Assembly (NCBI GenBank): GCA_964016885.1
Contig: OZ024740.1
Location: forward strand, 259,470,001-259,534,000
Origin: Eledone cirrhosa
Taxonomy: Eukaryota
DNA length: 64,000 bases
Direction: 5' to 3'
Positions within the stretch are counted from its first letter, which is position 1. Each line of letters opens with the position of its first letter. This document shows positions 26,040 through 39,849 of this stretch, in pieces. The notes under the pieces are model-generated. The model did not search any database and had not been told where the DNA came from. It was given only the letters and a program-made list of their open reading frames with translations. Both the position numbers and the translations under genes were made by a program.

Positions 26040-27975
26040 GAGGGACGTGTTTCCTATTAGATATATGTCTTAGTTCAAGGAGGGCGGGTCTTATGTAGTA
26101 CTGCATAGAACCAGAGGTCGTAGTCCTGTGTCATCGCCTTGGTGAGGTGTAATTGTGCAAAGATAGCTTTTATTACCACGTCCCAAGTCTTCCTAGGCCT
26201 GCTCACTGCATGGTTACCATCAACTTCGAGCGCTCTGCTTCTTTTTATACAGCTGTCATCCTGCATACACATCCCATGTCCATACCAACGCAATCACCTC
26301 TCCAGCACGCAACAACTGATCCCTCTTTTGCCTAATTTCTCACGCAGTATATTTAAACTTTGCCATTCACGTATATTGTTATTGCACTTCCAGCAAAGCA
26401 TGGATGATTCATTTCTTTCCAACCTTCACAGGTCCTCAGCACACAGTGCCCAGGTCTCACTGCTGTGCAATATTGCTGTTCTTATACATGCATCATACAG
26501 TCTGCCTTTCATTTTGAGGGAAAAACCTTTTGCAGTTAGCAGCAGTAGTAACACTCTGAATTTTCTCCAACCCAATCTTACTCTGGTTACTGTGCTTTCA
26601 GAACACCTGGGTGACCAAATCAGTAGTGGAGAAGGTTAACAGAAACTATCTACTACTTCTACCGAGCCCTCTGAGGGCTGTTGGGACTTACTACACTGGT
26701 GTACCAGCCACATATACAACCTACATTGTTTGTTAGTCTGCCTGAGATCCCACTATATCTCTTGTGTACCGTTTTCTTGCATTTGGACTATAGAATAGAA
26801 TTTCTACCTACTCCTTTTCTGCACACTGAGTAAGGCTAGTTCTCAGAGGAGATCTGGGTCCTGTTTTCCTTTCTACTTACTAGGATTTTAGTCTTTGCCA
26901 AGTTGACTTTAAGACCTTTAGATTCTAGGCCATCCTTCCAGTTTGGGAATTTCATCTCTAATTCAGCTATAAGGGTTAGGTCATCAGCATACAGAAGTTC
27001 CCATGGGCAGCCAGTCTTAAACTCCTCCGTTATTGCCTGCAGAACGATAATAAGCAGGAGAGGGCTAAGAACAGAACCCGGATGGACACCAACCTGCATA
27101 CTAAATTCTTCGCTATAGTCATTGTTAATTCTGACCTTACTGACTGTTCTTCTATGCATGGCTTGAACTGCCCTCACAAGCCATTCATCATCTAGTTTTC
27201 TAAGAGCCCACCAGATAATGAAACGGGCAACTCTGTCAAGAGTTTTCTCCAGGTCTACAAAAGCCAAGTAGAGAAGTTTACTTATAGTTAAGTACTTCTC
27301 CTGCAGTTGTCTTACAAAGAAGCAGGCATCTGTGGTACTTTTATCTGGGACAAATCCAAACTGCATTTCATCTAGGTTAACTTGTTCTCTAATCAGCTGA
27401 GCTATGACTCTTTCAGAGACTGTCATAACCTGATCAGCCAACTTAATGCCTCTATAGTTTTCTCTATCTGGAGCATCATCTTTGCTCTTGTAGCAGTTTA
27501 CGATGATGTTGCTGCAGAAGTCATTGGGTATGACACCATTTTGTATAACTTGCTTTACAGTACGAGAGACTATGGTGTGACCCACCATACTTAAACCTTT
27601 CAGCATCTCAGCAACTATCCCTGAGGGACCAGCTGCTCTGCCTGACTTAATATCCTTGATTGCCTTACTTACTTACTGTACTACTACTAACTTGTGCAGT
27701 CGCTCCCTATGTTGGGTCGACATGTGACAAACTATTTTCTTCCCATGCATTCTCCAGATTCAGTAATCTTTCATAGTAGCACTTCCATGCCACCTTCTTT
27801 TCAGTGTCAGTGAGGGCAAGTTCGCCAAAATCATTTCAGACACACTTCTACCCACCAACATCATACTTTTCCCTGACACACTGTCTAGCGATCCTGAACA
27901 TCTCACGCTGTAAAACATGCTTAAATTATTTGTTTTCTGCTTCTCTTCTAGCAAGGTAAACTTGTCATCTAGTTT
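26040..27975 (-). mobile_element. Decayed RTE-clade LINE
   Basis: ORFs 26836..27606 (NYRGIKL, QFGF, YADD) and 26075..26293. Confidence 0.88.
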
Positions 27976-27979
27976 TATG

Positions 27980-30350
27980 ATCCTTTGAACTGGTTATATT
28001 TTCTACAATGCACAATCCAAACGAACTTCCTGATAATGTATCTCGTTTATTATAATAGTCCACCGAGTCCATTTCTTTAATCCCAAAACGGTGTTCACCA
28101 CATCTCCCCTTTTAAGATTTTCTTCTTTTGGAAATTAATAATTGTTTTCTTTCTCCCAACATCTCTTTTGAGATTTACTTCCTTCAGAAGCTTAATATTT
28201 TTTCTGCTTCAGGACTACCTCCAACAATTCCATCTGCTTTCTTTTTCTTGTGCTGATACATCTTGGTTCGATAATTTCTTGTGGAGCCGGCACATCGAAT
28301 ATGTCATAGAGTACTTCCATATGTATTTCTTTTCTTGTACCATTTTCCCTAGCCAACCTTTGTTTTAGCTGATTAATGTACCTTTTGTGTTCCCATTTCG
28401 AACCTTGCACGTCATTTTACTGATCCGTTTTTTTATTACACCATCTTGCCAACCTTCCTTTCCATTCCTGTATACTCTGAAAAACACTTTATCCCCAGGT
28501 TTGAAATATTTGGACGTTATATTGGTGTTTCCCCATGTCTTTATTTTACGTCCGGCAATAGTTTATAAAAAATTGACCTAATTTTTCTGGCAAACATCAG
28601 TTCAGCCGGTGACATGCCTGAAACAGTATTTGGGTTTGGTGTTACTCAGTCAACCCTCAAGAATTGTTATAACAATACCTGCTCCACTTCCTCATTGTTA
28701 GATATTTTAGTGCCCTTTTGAACGTGTCCACAAAACATTCAGCTTGTCCGTTCGACCTTGGGCGATATGGAGGAGAAGTAATATGGTCAATTGTGCAAAA
28801 ATTCTTGAATTCACTTGCAGTAAATTGGGTACCGTTATCAAAGACTATGGTGTTAGGGACACCAAACCTTGCAAAAAGTTTGTGTAGAAAATTCACTATT
28901 ACCGTGGAGGTCAGTCTTCTACATTTACAAATCTCTGATCATTTTGTGAAATTGTCCACAACTACTAGATAATACGATTCAATGGTCCTGCAAAATCTGT
29001 GTATAACCTGATCCATAGAATGTCAGTCTTGGGCTAAAGTTGAAATGTTGTAGGTGGTGATTTCACTGCAAGAGCACAGCCTCTGTAGGATTTTACTAAC
29101 TTCTCGATATCTAGGTCCATTTTTGGCCAGTAAACATAACTCCTCATGATTGACTTCATCCTAGGAATTCCTGGTTGTACAGTGTGGAAATCATTTAACA
29201 TTTGTTTTTGTAGTGAAACAATCATTAGGACTCTCTGTGGATACATAAACACATCATCACATATCGAATACAAGTTTCAATTCGTGTTACATCCAACAAC
29301 ACATATTTTTTTTTTTTTTTTATTCCGATCTCACTATTTTTTTCACTTTAATAATAAATCATTCTTTTTTACCTTAATTTTTACTCCCACCAATGAGACG
29401 GGCAATTTTCACACAGTGTTGCATAGTATATTTTTTATTTCAATCGACAAACCATCCGCATGTCCCAATTTTTTAGACAGCAAATACTCCATCTTGAAAT
29501 CGTAATTCAGTAGGATTGTTCCCCAGCGCTGCAACCTGTTAGCTGTATGAGTGGGAATATCCTTTTTTTAGCCATAGATTGATAATAATGGGCAGTGGTC
29601 TGTTTGTAAGCAGAATTTTCTTCCATGTATGAATTATAGAATTTTTTACCACAAATATGATGACTAATGCTTCCTTCTCTATCTAACTGTAATTTTTGTC
29701 ACCTGGCCATAAGGACTGCAAAGCATGAGCTACAGCTTCTAAAGTTCCATCTTCATATTAGTGTAAAATCACAGCACCTATACCACTGTCACTCGCATCT
29801 GATGCCACCACAATTTCTAATTTTTGGTCAAAATGTGATGACAAATCTTAATTTTCTCAAAAGCTTTTTGGCACCTCTCTGACCAGTTCCAATTAACATC
29901 TTTTTTTAACAAGTTATTTAGGGGTTCTCTCAAATCATGTATATTTGGTATGTATACCTGGTAGTAATTTACAAGCCCTAAATATGCTTGTAACGTTTTA
30001 ATGTTTGTTGAGGCAGTCATATTTTTTGTTGTACTCGACCTTGACGAGTCTGGGCATTGTCCATTTTCGTTGATAATTTGCCCCAGATATTTTATTCTTG
30101 GCATAAAAAATTCACTTTTTTCATCATTGAGCGTAAAACTACATTCTTGAATTTTTAACATGCTCAGAATGCTGACTTCAAGATTCGCTTTTTAGGAGTA
30201 TATCATCGAGGTAAGCCAGTGCGAAATCCAAACCTGCGAACATAGTGTCCATAATTTGTTGAAAAATAGCTTGTGCTACCTTTATACCAAAAGGGAGGTG
30301 ATTAAATTTATACAATATTTTATGTGTGTTGATTGCTAATAGCTTGAAGA
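27980..30350 (-). mobile_element. Decayed Ty3/gypsy pol fragment (RT, RNase H, integrase)
   Basis: LPFGIKVAQAIFQQIMD...AYLDDIL (30178..30375), IKYLG/YLGLVNYY (29817..30161), integrase zinc region MRSYVYWPKM (29034..29273), FGVPNTIVFDNGTQF...SNGQAE (28657..28896). No LTR recognised. Confidence 0.88.
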
Positions 30351-30359
30351 TATGCCTCA

Positions 30360-30990
30360 GGGTGCTCAAAGTCAATACAAGCCTTAGAATGAGGTGACCC
30401 AGGAAGACTAGGGACGAGGTGATAGAAGCTGACCTTGCCCAATTGCACCTCTCAAAGACAATGACATAGGACGGAGATCATTGGCATTATGCATTAATAC
30501 AGCAGACCCACCTTCTCACAGGCACAGGCTGAAACTGAAGCATATATATAGTATGCACCACTCCCACCCACTCCCATACATTTCCCATGAGGACAGGCTG
30601 AAGTATACATCCAGTGAAGCTCCCAACCCACACTATAAAGTGGTCATGTAGTTGTCACAACAAAAAGCACCCTGTCCATACTGTAAAGTGGTCGTGTAGG
30701 TGTCACAACAAAAGGCACCCAGCCCACACTGTAAAGTGGTCGTATAGATGTCTTGACAAAAAGAACCCAGCCCACACTGTAAAGTGGTCGTGTAGGTGTC
30801 AAGACAAAAGGCACCCAGTGCTCACTATAAATGAAGTTGGTGTTAGGAAGGGCATCCAGCTGTAGAAACCAAGCCAGATTTAGTTCTGTATGAGCAAGAC
30901 ATGGTGACCTGACCTGGCATTGCTCACAACAGAACAACTCGTCTAACCCATGCTAGCATGGAAAAATGGACATTAAACGGTGATGGTGAT
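30360..30990 (+). mobile_element. RTE 3' end with tandem ~46-bp 3' UTR repeats
   Basis: GRPRKT-like remnant, four to five units of CACACTGTAAAGTGGTCGTGTAGGTGTC..AAAAGCACCC (30627-30830), then the RTE terminal sequence. Confidence 0.8.
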
Positions 30991-32124
30991 ATGCACGTGC
31001 CTGTGTTTGTGTGTATATATATATTTAGATGCACATGTGTGTCCATGCATGTATATTTGTAGGTGTATATATATTCATATGCCTATTTATGTTTGTATAA
31101 GACACACCCTCTTTTATGTATATGTGTGTAACCCTATATGTTTATGTATGTATATATGTTTATGTATGCATATATGTATAAATATGAGTATATATGTCTG
31201 TCATTTGATATGGTCAAAACTAAGTTGACCTCACAGTCAACATGACTCTCTTGGAGTAAAGGCCCCTTATTTGATTTAAGACAATAATGAAATGAATGTT
31301 TCAGTGTATGGTTACAATTAATATATGGGTATGAGAATTTCATTTATACTTTATCTGTCTTGTTTTTTATTCTTTACCTGGGTATCCATTAAATGTCCTT
31401 TTGGTCTGTACTATTTGTATATTTCTAACAAAAGCTTCCTAAACCATAGTTTCTGCTGATAATGGTGAAAAAGGCATATTTTGTCAAGACTTATAATATG
31501 GAGTTACATAACTGCCATTGATTCTTCTTCTTGTCGTATGACATATGCACAATGGTTAGAGAGACAGATTGAGGTTGGTGAGCCAGACTAAGGTGTCATT
31601 TGTAGTATTATGGATTGCCTGCAGGCTGCTTTCTAGGCAGGTCAAAGCTGGTTGGTTTAGATATTGGGTCCTGGATGAGGTCTTGGTTGGCAAATTTGGA
31701 TTCATTCCATGATCTTCACCACTCTTCCTTCAGATCAAAGTAATTGTCTTGGAGGGTCTTCATTGCTATCAATTAGTCAATATATTCATATTATCATGGT
31801 TCATTTCACCCTTTGAAATGATCATAAAACAATGAACTAACATATAAGATACCATTTTTCCTTGTTTCGATGGAATGTTAGTGTATATAGGTATGTATAT
31901 ATATATATATATATGAACATGTATGTATATATGTTTATATATGTATGTTTGTATTTATTTATATATATATATATATTTGTGTGTGTGTGTAAATGTATTT
32001 ATATATATCTATGTATATATATGTGTATGCGTGTGTGTATATATATATCTGTGTATATATGTGTATGTATATATATATATGTATGTATGTTTATATATAC
32101 ATATATGTATGTATATGTGTGTGG

Positions 32125-32275
32125 TGGTGAACTGAGAGTCATTAACATGTTGAACAGAATGCTTTGCGATATTCTTCCTCGCTCTCTTCTTTCAAATCCT
32201 GCTTAGTCAACTTTACCTTTCATCCTTTTGAAGTTGATAAAAAAAAGTGCCAGTCCAATACTGAGGATCAATTCT
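32125..32275 (+). mobile_element. Old SINE remnant with Nin/Deu-like core
   Basis: CCTTTCATCCTTTTGAAGTTGATAAAA..GTGCCAG; related copy at 55420-55570. Confidence 0.5.
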
Positions 32276-32729
32276 TTCTCTATATCTCTTTCTCACTCCT
32301 TCTCTAACACTCTCTTTCCTTACTCTGGAAAAAATTGGCCATATTCAGATTTGGAATGGGGATGGCCTCCACCAAGTTTAAGTAAAATACCCTAGAAACA
32401 GCATATGTCACTATAGTGGCCCTACAACTATCAACAGTAGAAAGGTCCCATGTGAGGAGGTCTTAAGAATCCTGTGTACCATATATCAGATTTTATTCAG
32501 TTATTGCCCTGCTAAATAGGCAAGATGCTAGACAGATATCAAGCATCTTGCTCCACTTGTTTTCTATGGCATGCTCTTCTTATCCCTAACAACTTTGCAG
32601 TAAAGGGTTCTCTCTACACTATACCTGTTCTTATTGTTAGTTATGGCCTTTCAAAATGGATAACCAGCAATGCCACTTGCATCCATGTCTCATTTATATA
32701 TTCCATTTTTTATATTTAATAGTTAAAGT

Positions 32730-33140
32730 TTGTTCTGAGCCAAAATCTCATCAGGCTGGTGCTTAACCCTGGTTTCCTTGGTGTTAAGCAACTGAGAGTA
32801 CAAGACTCTCCCTGAACAAGACACTGGTTGATCACAGGTTTAACTCCTCAGCTACTCACTTAGTCTGTTCTGAAACCAAAGGCTCATCAGGTTGATACTT
32901 ATCTCCGATTTCCTTGGTGTTTAGCAACTCGGAGTACAAGGCTCCCTGGACAGAACACCAATCTGTTGTAGGATTAACTCCCCAGCTACTGCTGGTACTC
33001 ACTCTCAAATGAGTGTACTGGAGCAATGTGAAATAAAGTGTATGCTCAAAAATACAATGCAGTACTTTGACAGAGATTTAAATCGACAATACTATGATAG
33101 TAAGTCCAGCATCTTAACCACTAGGCCATGTGGCTCCATT
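32730..33140 (-). mobile_element. Decayed tRNA-headed SINE with duplicated tail
   Basis: CTGGAGCAATGTGAAATAAAGTG core and TAACCACTAGGCCA (A box reverse complement); ~135-bp tandem duplication upstream on +. Confidence 0.6.
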
Positions 33141-33457
33141 TTTTATATAGGAACCTTATTTCCTCATGTAATACACTAGAAATTTTTAACTAAAATTAAA
33201 GGCAAAAAGTTTACAGGAACTCTTTCTGAGCTTCAAGGCACTCATTTCAAATGGCCAGACTGCAAATCCACTCACTGGGAATTTCTACACTAAATATTTA
33301 AATATCACTCATTGTTTTACTTTCTTTAATATCATGAGAAACTGAATATTGTAGTGAGATATATGTAAGAGATCAAGATTTTGATGGATAACATGGTACA
33401 AAGTTTCCAAGAAAATTTACATAGATATGGCTGTATTCCAGGGTCTTATTATACCAA

Positions 33458-33680
33458 AGGCATGTGGCTTATTGTTTAGAAAGTTGGATTCACAATTATG
33501 TAGTTGTGAGTTTGATTCCCAGACTGGTTGATGTATTATGTCCTTAAGCAAGACACTTTATTCATGTTACTCTTTCTGCCAAGAGTTGCAACTAGTAGAT
33601 AGTATCAGCAATGGAAAGACCAATGGAAACATTGTTCCCATGGTCCGATCTGACAAGTTACAATGCCACTCCAATTGGTG
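33458..33680 (+). mobile_element. Decayed tRNA-headed SINE
   Basis: GTGAGTTTGATTC B-box-like and TGTCCTTAAGCAAGACACTTTATT core; similar remnant at ~34085-34250. Confidence 0.55.
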
Positions 33681-34909
33681 AGTGAATGAGGTCTGGGATC
33701 TTATCAATTCGGATCAATTCAATTATACCCATGGATGTAATTTATACCGTTTTTTAATTTATTTATTTGTTTTTTTAGGTTCAGAAACAGGGTTGTATTC
33801 TATTGAAGTCATTATATACAAAGAAATACACAGCCATGATACTAAACTCAGCAGTTATCTAGACTATTTATCCTAGAGAGTTACCATGTCTATGGAGAAG
33901 GATCTTCCCATATGACAGTACTGTGGCTATTGGGTATATTAGTGTTGTTGTTAAAGGTTATATTCAAGAGCGGCTACAAGTTCAGCATAGCTTAGCTAGG
34001 ATTTGAATCTGTGATTATGACAAGTGGGCACATTAAGCTTGCATGGAGCCCCTGGCAGAAAATTTAATCTAGGTATCGCATATTCATGGATTCGCAATCT
34101 TGAGGTTGTGAGTTTGATTCACTTTATTTGAGTCACTTTATTTCATGCTGCTCTTTCTGCTAGGAGTAGTGACCATTAGATAGTATCAGCAATGGAAACA
34201 TTGTTTCCTTTAGCAGATATGATGAGTTCCACTCCACTCAGTAAGCAAACAAGGTCGAAGACATTGATGATATGTAGCTTTAGTTAAGGGTCCTATTGGG
34301 GGTCCTCTGCCTGTAACCCTGTTGGCCCTCATCTCTCCCTATTAATTCGCCACTGGGTCATGATTGGGGCAAGGCAGGGGAAGGGTAGTTGCTAGACTAT
34401 TTATCACCGAAGGGTTATTATTGCTCTCTCCTTCATGGGGATAATAGAAGTTCCCTTTAGGGCAGAGTACTATAGTAGTCTGCCCTGACTGCTGTTTAAC
34501 TGCCCAATACATTCATGTATACATAAACATATACACACATATATGTACATACATACACACACACATAAATATGTCTATATATAAACATTATTTAATCTTT
34601 AGCACACTGAATTTTTTTTAGAAATTGCTTCCCTTGACACTACATTATGTATTAAAGGGAGATTACCCACTTGTTGCCAATAGTGTACTGAAGGTTAAAA
34701 TTTTCCTTGCATGTATATACATATATATATATATATATATATACGCACACACACACACATACAAACATGCAATCACTTGCATATATATGTCCTTATTAAT
34801 AAATATATATTAAGATACACACATGCATGCACACACTCACACACACACCCACACACACACACATATATATATATAATATAAGCAGGGAAAAGCGGACGTA
34901 TGATGATGA

Positions 34910-34974
<65 letters not shown>

Positions 34975-35266
34975 AGCAAGTATTGCACCAAAAAAAATAT
35001 AAACTTCGGCGAGAAAGGAAATTAGGAATTTATTTGCTTTAACATGTTTCTGTTATATATATATATATATACGCACACATTCATACATACATGCATACAC
35101 ACACAGAACATGCTCTGAAAATATACACCAACATTCAGTATCTGCCCCACAAATAATATAATAATTATTTCCTACTTTATATTTTTCCCCCCCACCAAAC
35201 CACCCGATTTCCCCCACACTCTGAAGCTACTGGATACCAAGGTACTTGCAATTTAACTTTCTACTT

Positions 35267-35399
<133 letters not shown>

Positions 35400-35503
35400 C
35401 TTCACTGGTGCATGGATGTTGTGACGTTTGTGTCGATAGTGCTAATGTGAACCAGGTTCACCATGTCTGTCCTATTTATATATAATATATATATAAAAAA
35501 ATA

Positions 35504-35537
<34 letters not shown>

Positions 35538-35979
35538 TACATACATATGTATGCTGATATAGTTTTAGTTGAATTTCAAGAAACTAATAGTTTCATAGTC
35601 TTTGCTGATAATGGACAATGTGCCATTATCAGGAAAGACTCTGAAACCCAACTAAAACCATGTATTAAAATGTATATAAATTACCTTTATCTTTACATAT
35701 TGAGGGCTCATTCTTTCTTTATGTGAAATATTGCTAAAGTAATCATCATAATCGTCATCGTTTTACATCCTCCTTTTTATGCTTGCATGGGTTGGACATG
35801 TCTTTTCCAGCACAGCATCCTTCCACTGGTGTTCATTTGTCATCTCCTCAGTAAACTTCAGCAATTTAAGGAATGATGATTGTTGGGGGAAGTAGTGCTA
35901 AGAAATCCTAATGGAAGGAAGTTGCAGTAGAGGAAGACTAACTTTATGTGTTTATATATATATATATATATATATATCA

Positions 35980-36120
35980 TTATTTTATATGGAAGTGACT
36001 TCTACAGGACTAGAATAGTTTCATTCATATGAAATCATATGAAATCATCAGGAATGTCCTGATGATTTCATATGAATGAAACACATTTAGTCCTGTAAAA
36101 GTAGTTTCTATACAAAATAA
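35980..36120. repeat. Imperfect palindrome made of two head-to-head hammerhead cores lacking the 5' strand of stem I
   Basis: (-) CUGAUGA-U-UUCAUAUGA(uu)UCAUAUGAA-U-GAAAC-UA(uuc)UA-GUC; (+) a shorter CTGATGA...GAAAC...GTC copy. Confidence 0.65.
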
Positions 36121-36921
36121 ACATGTCTAAATTCTACCAACAAATTCAGTACTTCTTTTAACTGTGGTCATCCCCCGATCGGCATTGAGACGCTACCCTT
36201 TATTTTATGTGTATTTGTATGTGTGCGTTGGCATAATAAATGCACTCAGTATACTCTATATAAGTTATAGAAATCATATAAAAGAAATTGAATTGTCAGA
36301 TATGTTAAGATGTTATGTTAAAATGTCAGGTGTGTTAAGATGTTATGTTAAAATGTCAGATGTGTTAAGATGTCAGTTATCTTAAAATGTTAACTAGTTA
36401 TATTATGGATCTATGGAGTAACATTACTCAGTAGAGTGCATTGCTCAGAGATGCTTGGAACAAACATATGAACTGGTACTTGTAAATCATCATGCCTGAT
36501 TTGATGACCTTATATGCAACATTGGGTATTACGATTTCAGACATGTATACTTCTTTACAACACACCAACACTCATTTAGACTAAATAGTGACATGAGTAG
36601 CCTATTCTGCATTATCCATCATTTGCCCTGATGTGTGTGTGTGTGTGTGTGCTAATATGTGCTACAAATTTCAAGTCTAGAGTAAGGTTCAGTAGATAAG
36701 TCACATGCAGTTTTGGCACATATTTATCATTTTTTAGTTTGAAAAAAAATGGTTGCAACATATCTACAAGTATGTGCGTGTATATATATATAGAGATATA
36801 TATATGTATGTATGTATGTATGTACGTATGTATGTGTGTATGTATATATATATATGTGTATGTATGTATGTATGTATATATGGCCTCAGCCGAATGGCTG
36901 GAACAGGTATCTATATGTATG

Positions 36922-36974
<53 letters not shown>

Positions 36975-37077
36975 AATGTATGTGTATGTATGTAACTTTG
37001 ATAACTTTCGGCCATGTCTAACTTAATAGCACCACTGTCTGTATGTATATGTATGTGTGTATGTATATTTATATATG

Positions 37078-37142
<65 letters not shown>

Positions 37143-37157
37143 ATATATATTCTATAT

Positions 37158-37762
37158 CAGGTCACCACTTGGTGCTACTGGTAACATGTATTCCAGTACA
37201 ACCTGTCCCATGGTCGGGTCGTTGGCGACTAAACTGTCAATCCCACTAAGGTTTCTTGGTGAGGAGGGTGACTTTGGACATCCTGCAGGACTAAAAACAA
37301 AACCTGTCAAAGGGCAAAGGAGCTCTTAAGAGTCAATGGCCATCCAAAATCACCGGGAGAGATGACCCCTTAGCCTTTGTCAAGGCAGAATTCTAGGAGA
37401 AGGAAAACTCTGATATAACACCTGCAACTCTGATGGTATCCAATGATGTTGACTTGTTCTTCTTTTTGGTAAATATCATCTTGGTTAAGAGAGTGGGACT
37501 GGCTTTGTGCAATGCCTTTGCTCACTATAAAAGCTTCACGGCACAGGCATTGCTTTATATCTGGAGATCTCTCTGCACTTGTCGTCACATGGTACCATGG
37601 GCCTAGCACTATGTGTCAATAATTGTCACAAGTGTAGTGTTTGTGCCAGAGTTTTCAAGTCGCTGGCTGGACTAAAGTCACATTCGTTCAGCGCATCGGT
37701 AGGAGTTCTCCTACATGGATATAAAGTAGTGGCCATACTCGAAAACGAGTTGGCAGCCACCA
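37158..37762 (+). mobile_element. Bipartite RTE-derived non-autonomous element, copy 3
   Basis: Highly similar to 1143-1773 and 8086-8684. Confidence 0.7.
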
Positions 37763-38094
37763 TATATATATTCATGTACGTATGTATGTATGTATATATA
37801 TATTCATGTACGTATGTATGTATATATATATTCATGTACGTATGTATGTATGTATATATATATTCATGTACGTATGTATGTATGTATATATATATTCATG
37901 TACGTATGTATGTATGTATATATATATTCATGTACGTATGTCTGTATGTATATATATATTCATGTACGTATGTATGTATATATATATATATATTCATGTA
38001 CGTATGTATGTATATATATATTCATGTACGTATGTATGTATGTATATATATATTCATGTACGTATGTATATATATATATATATATGTATGTACG

Positions 38095-38126
<32 letters not shown>

Positions 38127-38156
38127 TGTATGTATGTATATATATATGTATGTACG

Positions 38157-38225
<69 letters not shown>

Positions 38226-38333
38226 ATATATATGTATCTACGTATGTATGTATGTATGTATATATATATGTATCTACGTATGTATGTATGTATATATATA
38301 TATGTATCTACGTATGTATGTATATATATACAT
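37763..38333. repeat. Minisatellite of ~28-32-bp TATATATATTCATGTACGTATGTATG units grading into (TA)n
   Basis: Seen directly. Confidence 0.9.
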
Positions 38334-38966
38334 ACGCCCTAGATAGGAGTAACTACAGAGTCCCCCGCTCCATTATCTGGTGGGCTCTTAGAAAACTAGG
38401 TGTTGATGAATGGCTTGTGAGAGCTATACAAGCCATGTATAAAGAAACAGTCAGCAAGGTTAGAATTAACAACGAATATAGTGAAGAGTTTAGCATAAAA
38501 GTTGGCGTCCATCAGGGCTCTGTTCTCAGCCCCCTACTATTTATTATTGCCCTTCAGGCTATAACAGAGGAGTCCAAGACAGGCTGCCCATGGGAACTCC
38601 TATACGCAGACGACCTGACACTCATAGCGGAATCAATGGCCGAGCTAGAGAAGAAATTCCAAACATGGAAGCACGGCCTAGAGTCAAAAGGACTTAAAAT
38701 TAACCGGGCTAAGACCAAAGTTCTAGTTTGTAGGAAAGAAAACAAGGCGGCGGTCCCTTCTGGGAAATGGTCGTGCTCGGTGTGTAGGAAAGGCGTAGGT
38801 AGAAACTCCATTTTATGTCCTAAATGCAAAGTATGGGTGCATAAAAGATGTAGTGGGATCACAGGTAAGCTAACTAAGAACATAGATTTTACATGTGGCC
38901 GGTGTTCTGGTGCAATAAGTAGCAGCAAGTGCCCACAAAATAAAACGGTGATGATGATGATGATGA
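38334..38966 (+). mobile_element. Internally deleted RTE copy
   Basis: RT core in ORF 37790..39235. ALDRSNY is fused to RVPR, and the PHD region is fused directly to the AAACGG(TGA)n tail. Confidence 0.88.
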
Positions 38967-38996
38967 TACATACATATATGTATGTATGTATGTATG

Positions 38997-39028
<32 letters not shown>

Positions 39029-39210
39029 TGTATGTATAGTATGTATGTATGTATGTATATATATGTATGTATGTATATATGTTTGTGTATGTATGTATAT
39101 ATGTTTGTGTATGTATGTATATATGTTTGTGTATGCATGTATATATATATGTGTGTATGTATATATGTTTGTATATATATATGTGTATGTATCTGTATAT
39201 ATATATATAA

Positions 39211-39542
39211 TGGAGGCACATGGCTTAGTGGTTAGAGCATTGGCCTTGCAATCAAAAGGTTGTGAGTTCAAAGGGTGATGTGTTGTTTCCTTGAGCAAGA
39301 CACTTTATTTCACATTGCTCCAGTTTACTCAGCTGTAGAAATGAGATGATAGGGACTGGGGTCCATATCATTCCACTGCAAAGTGGTTGTGGAGGTGCCA
39401 CGGCAAAAAAGCACCCAGCACTCACTGTAAATGAGGTTGGTGTTAGGAAGGGTATCCAGCTGTAGAAATCAAGCCAAAATCAGTTCCCGTCCCACTCTAG
39501 CAAGCAGGAAAAAGCAGACGTAAAATGAAATGAACGAAATGA

Positions 39543-39546
<4 letters not shown>
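39211..39546 (+). mobile_element. tRNA-headed SINE with RTE-derived tail
   Basis: A box TGGCTTAGTGG, B box GTGAGTTCAA, core CCTTGAGCAAGACACTTT, RTE tail. Confidence 0.87.
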
Positions 39547-39594
<48 letters not shown>

Positions 39595-39757
39595 ATGTAT
39601 GTAAGTGTATATATATATATATGTGTGTGTGTGTATGTATGTATATATATATATAGATGTATGTATGTATATATGTGTGTATGTGTATATGTATATATAT
39701 GTGTGTATGTATATGTGTATATATATATGTGTGTATATGTATGTATATATATATACA

Positions 39758-39843
<86 letters not shown>

Positions 39844-39849
39844 ATTTGT

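Noticed and set aside
30627-30830. CRISPR-like regularly spaced repeats
   Set aside because: Degenerate head-to-tail tandem units of an RTE 3' UTR, with no unique spacers and no cas genes
32745-32895. CTGATGAG motifs on (-) as further hammerheads
   Set aside because: No stem II-GAAA-stem III continuation; they lie in a SINE tail duplication
33770-33880. Strong polypyrimidine-AG followed by a short ORF as a possible BAP1 exon
   Set aside because: No frame resembles BAP1 and no convincing donor follows
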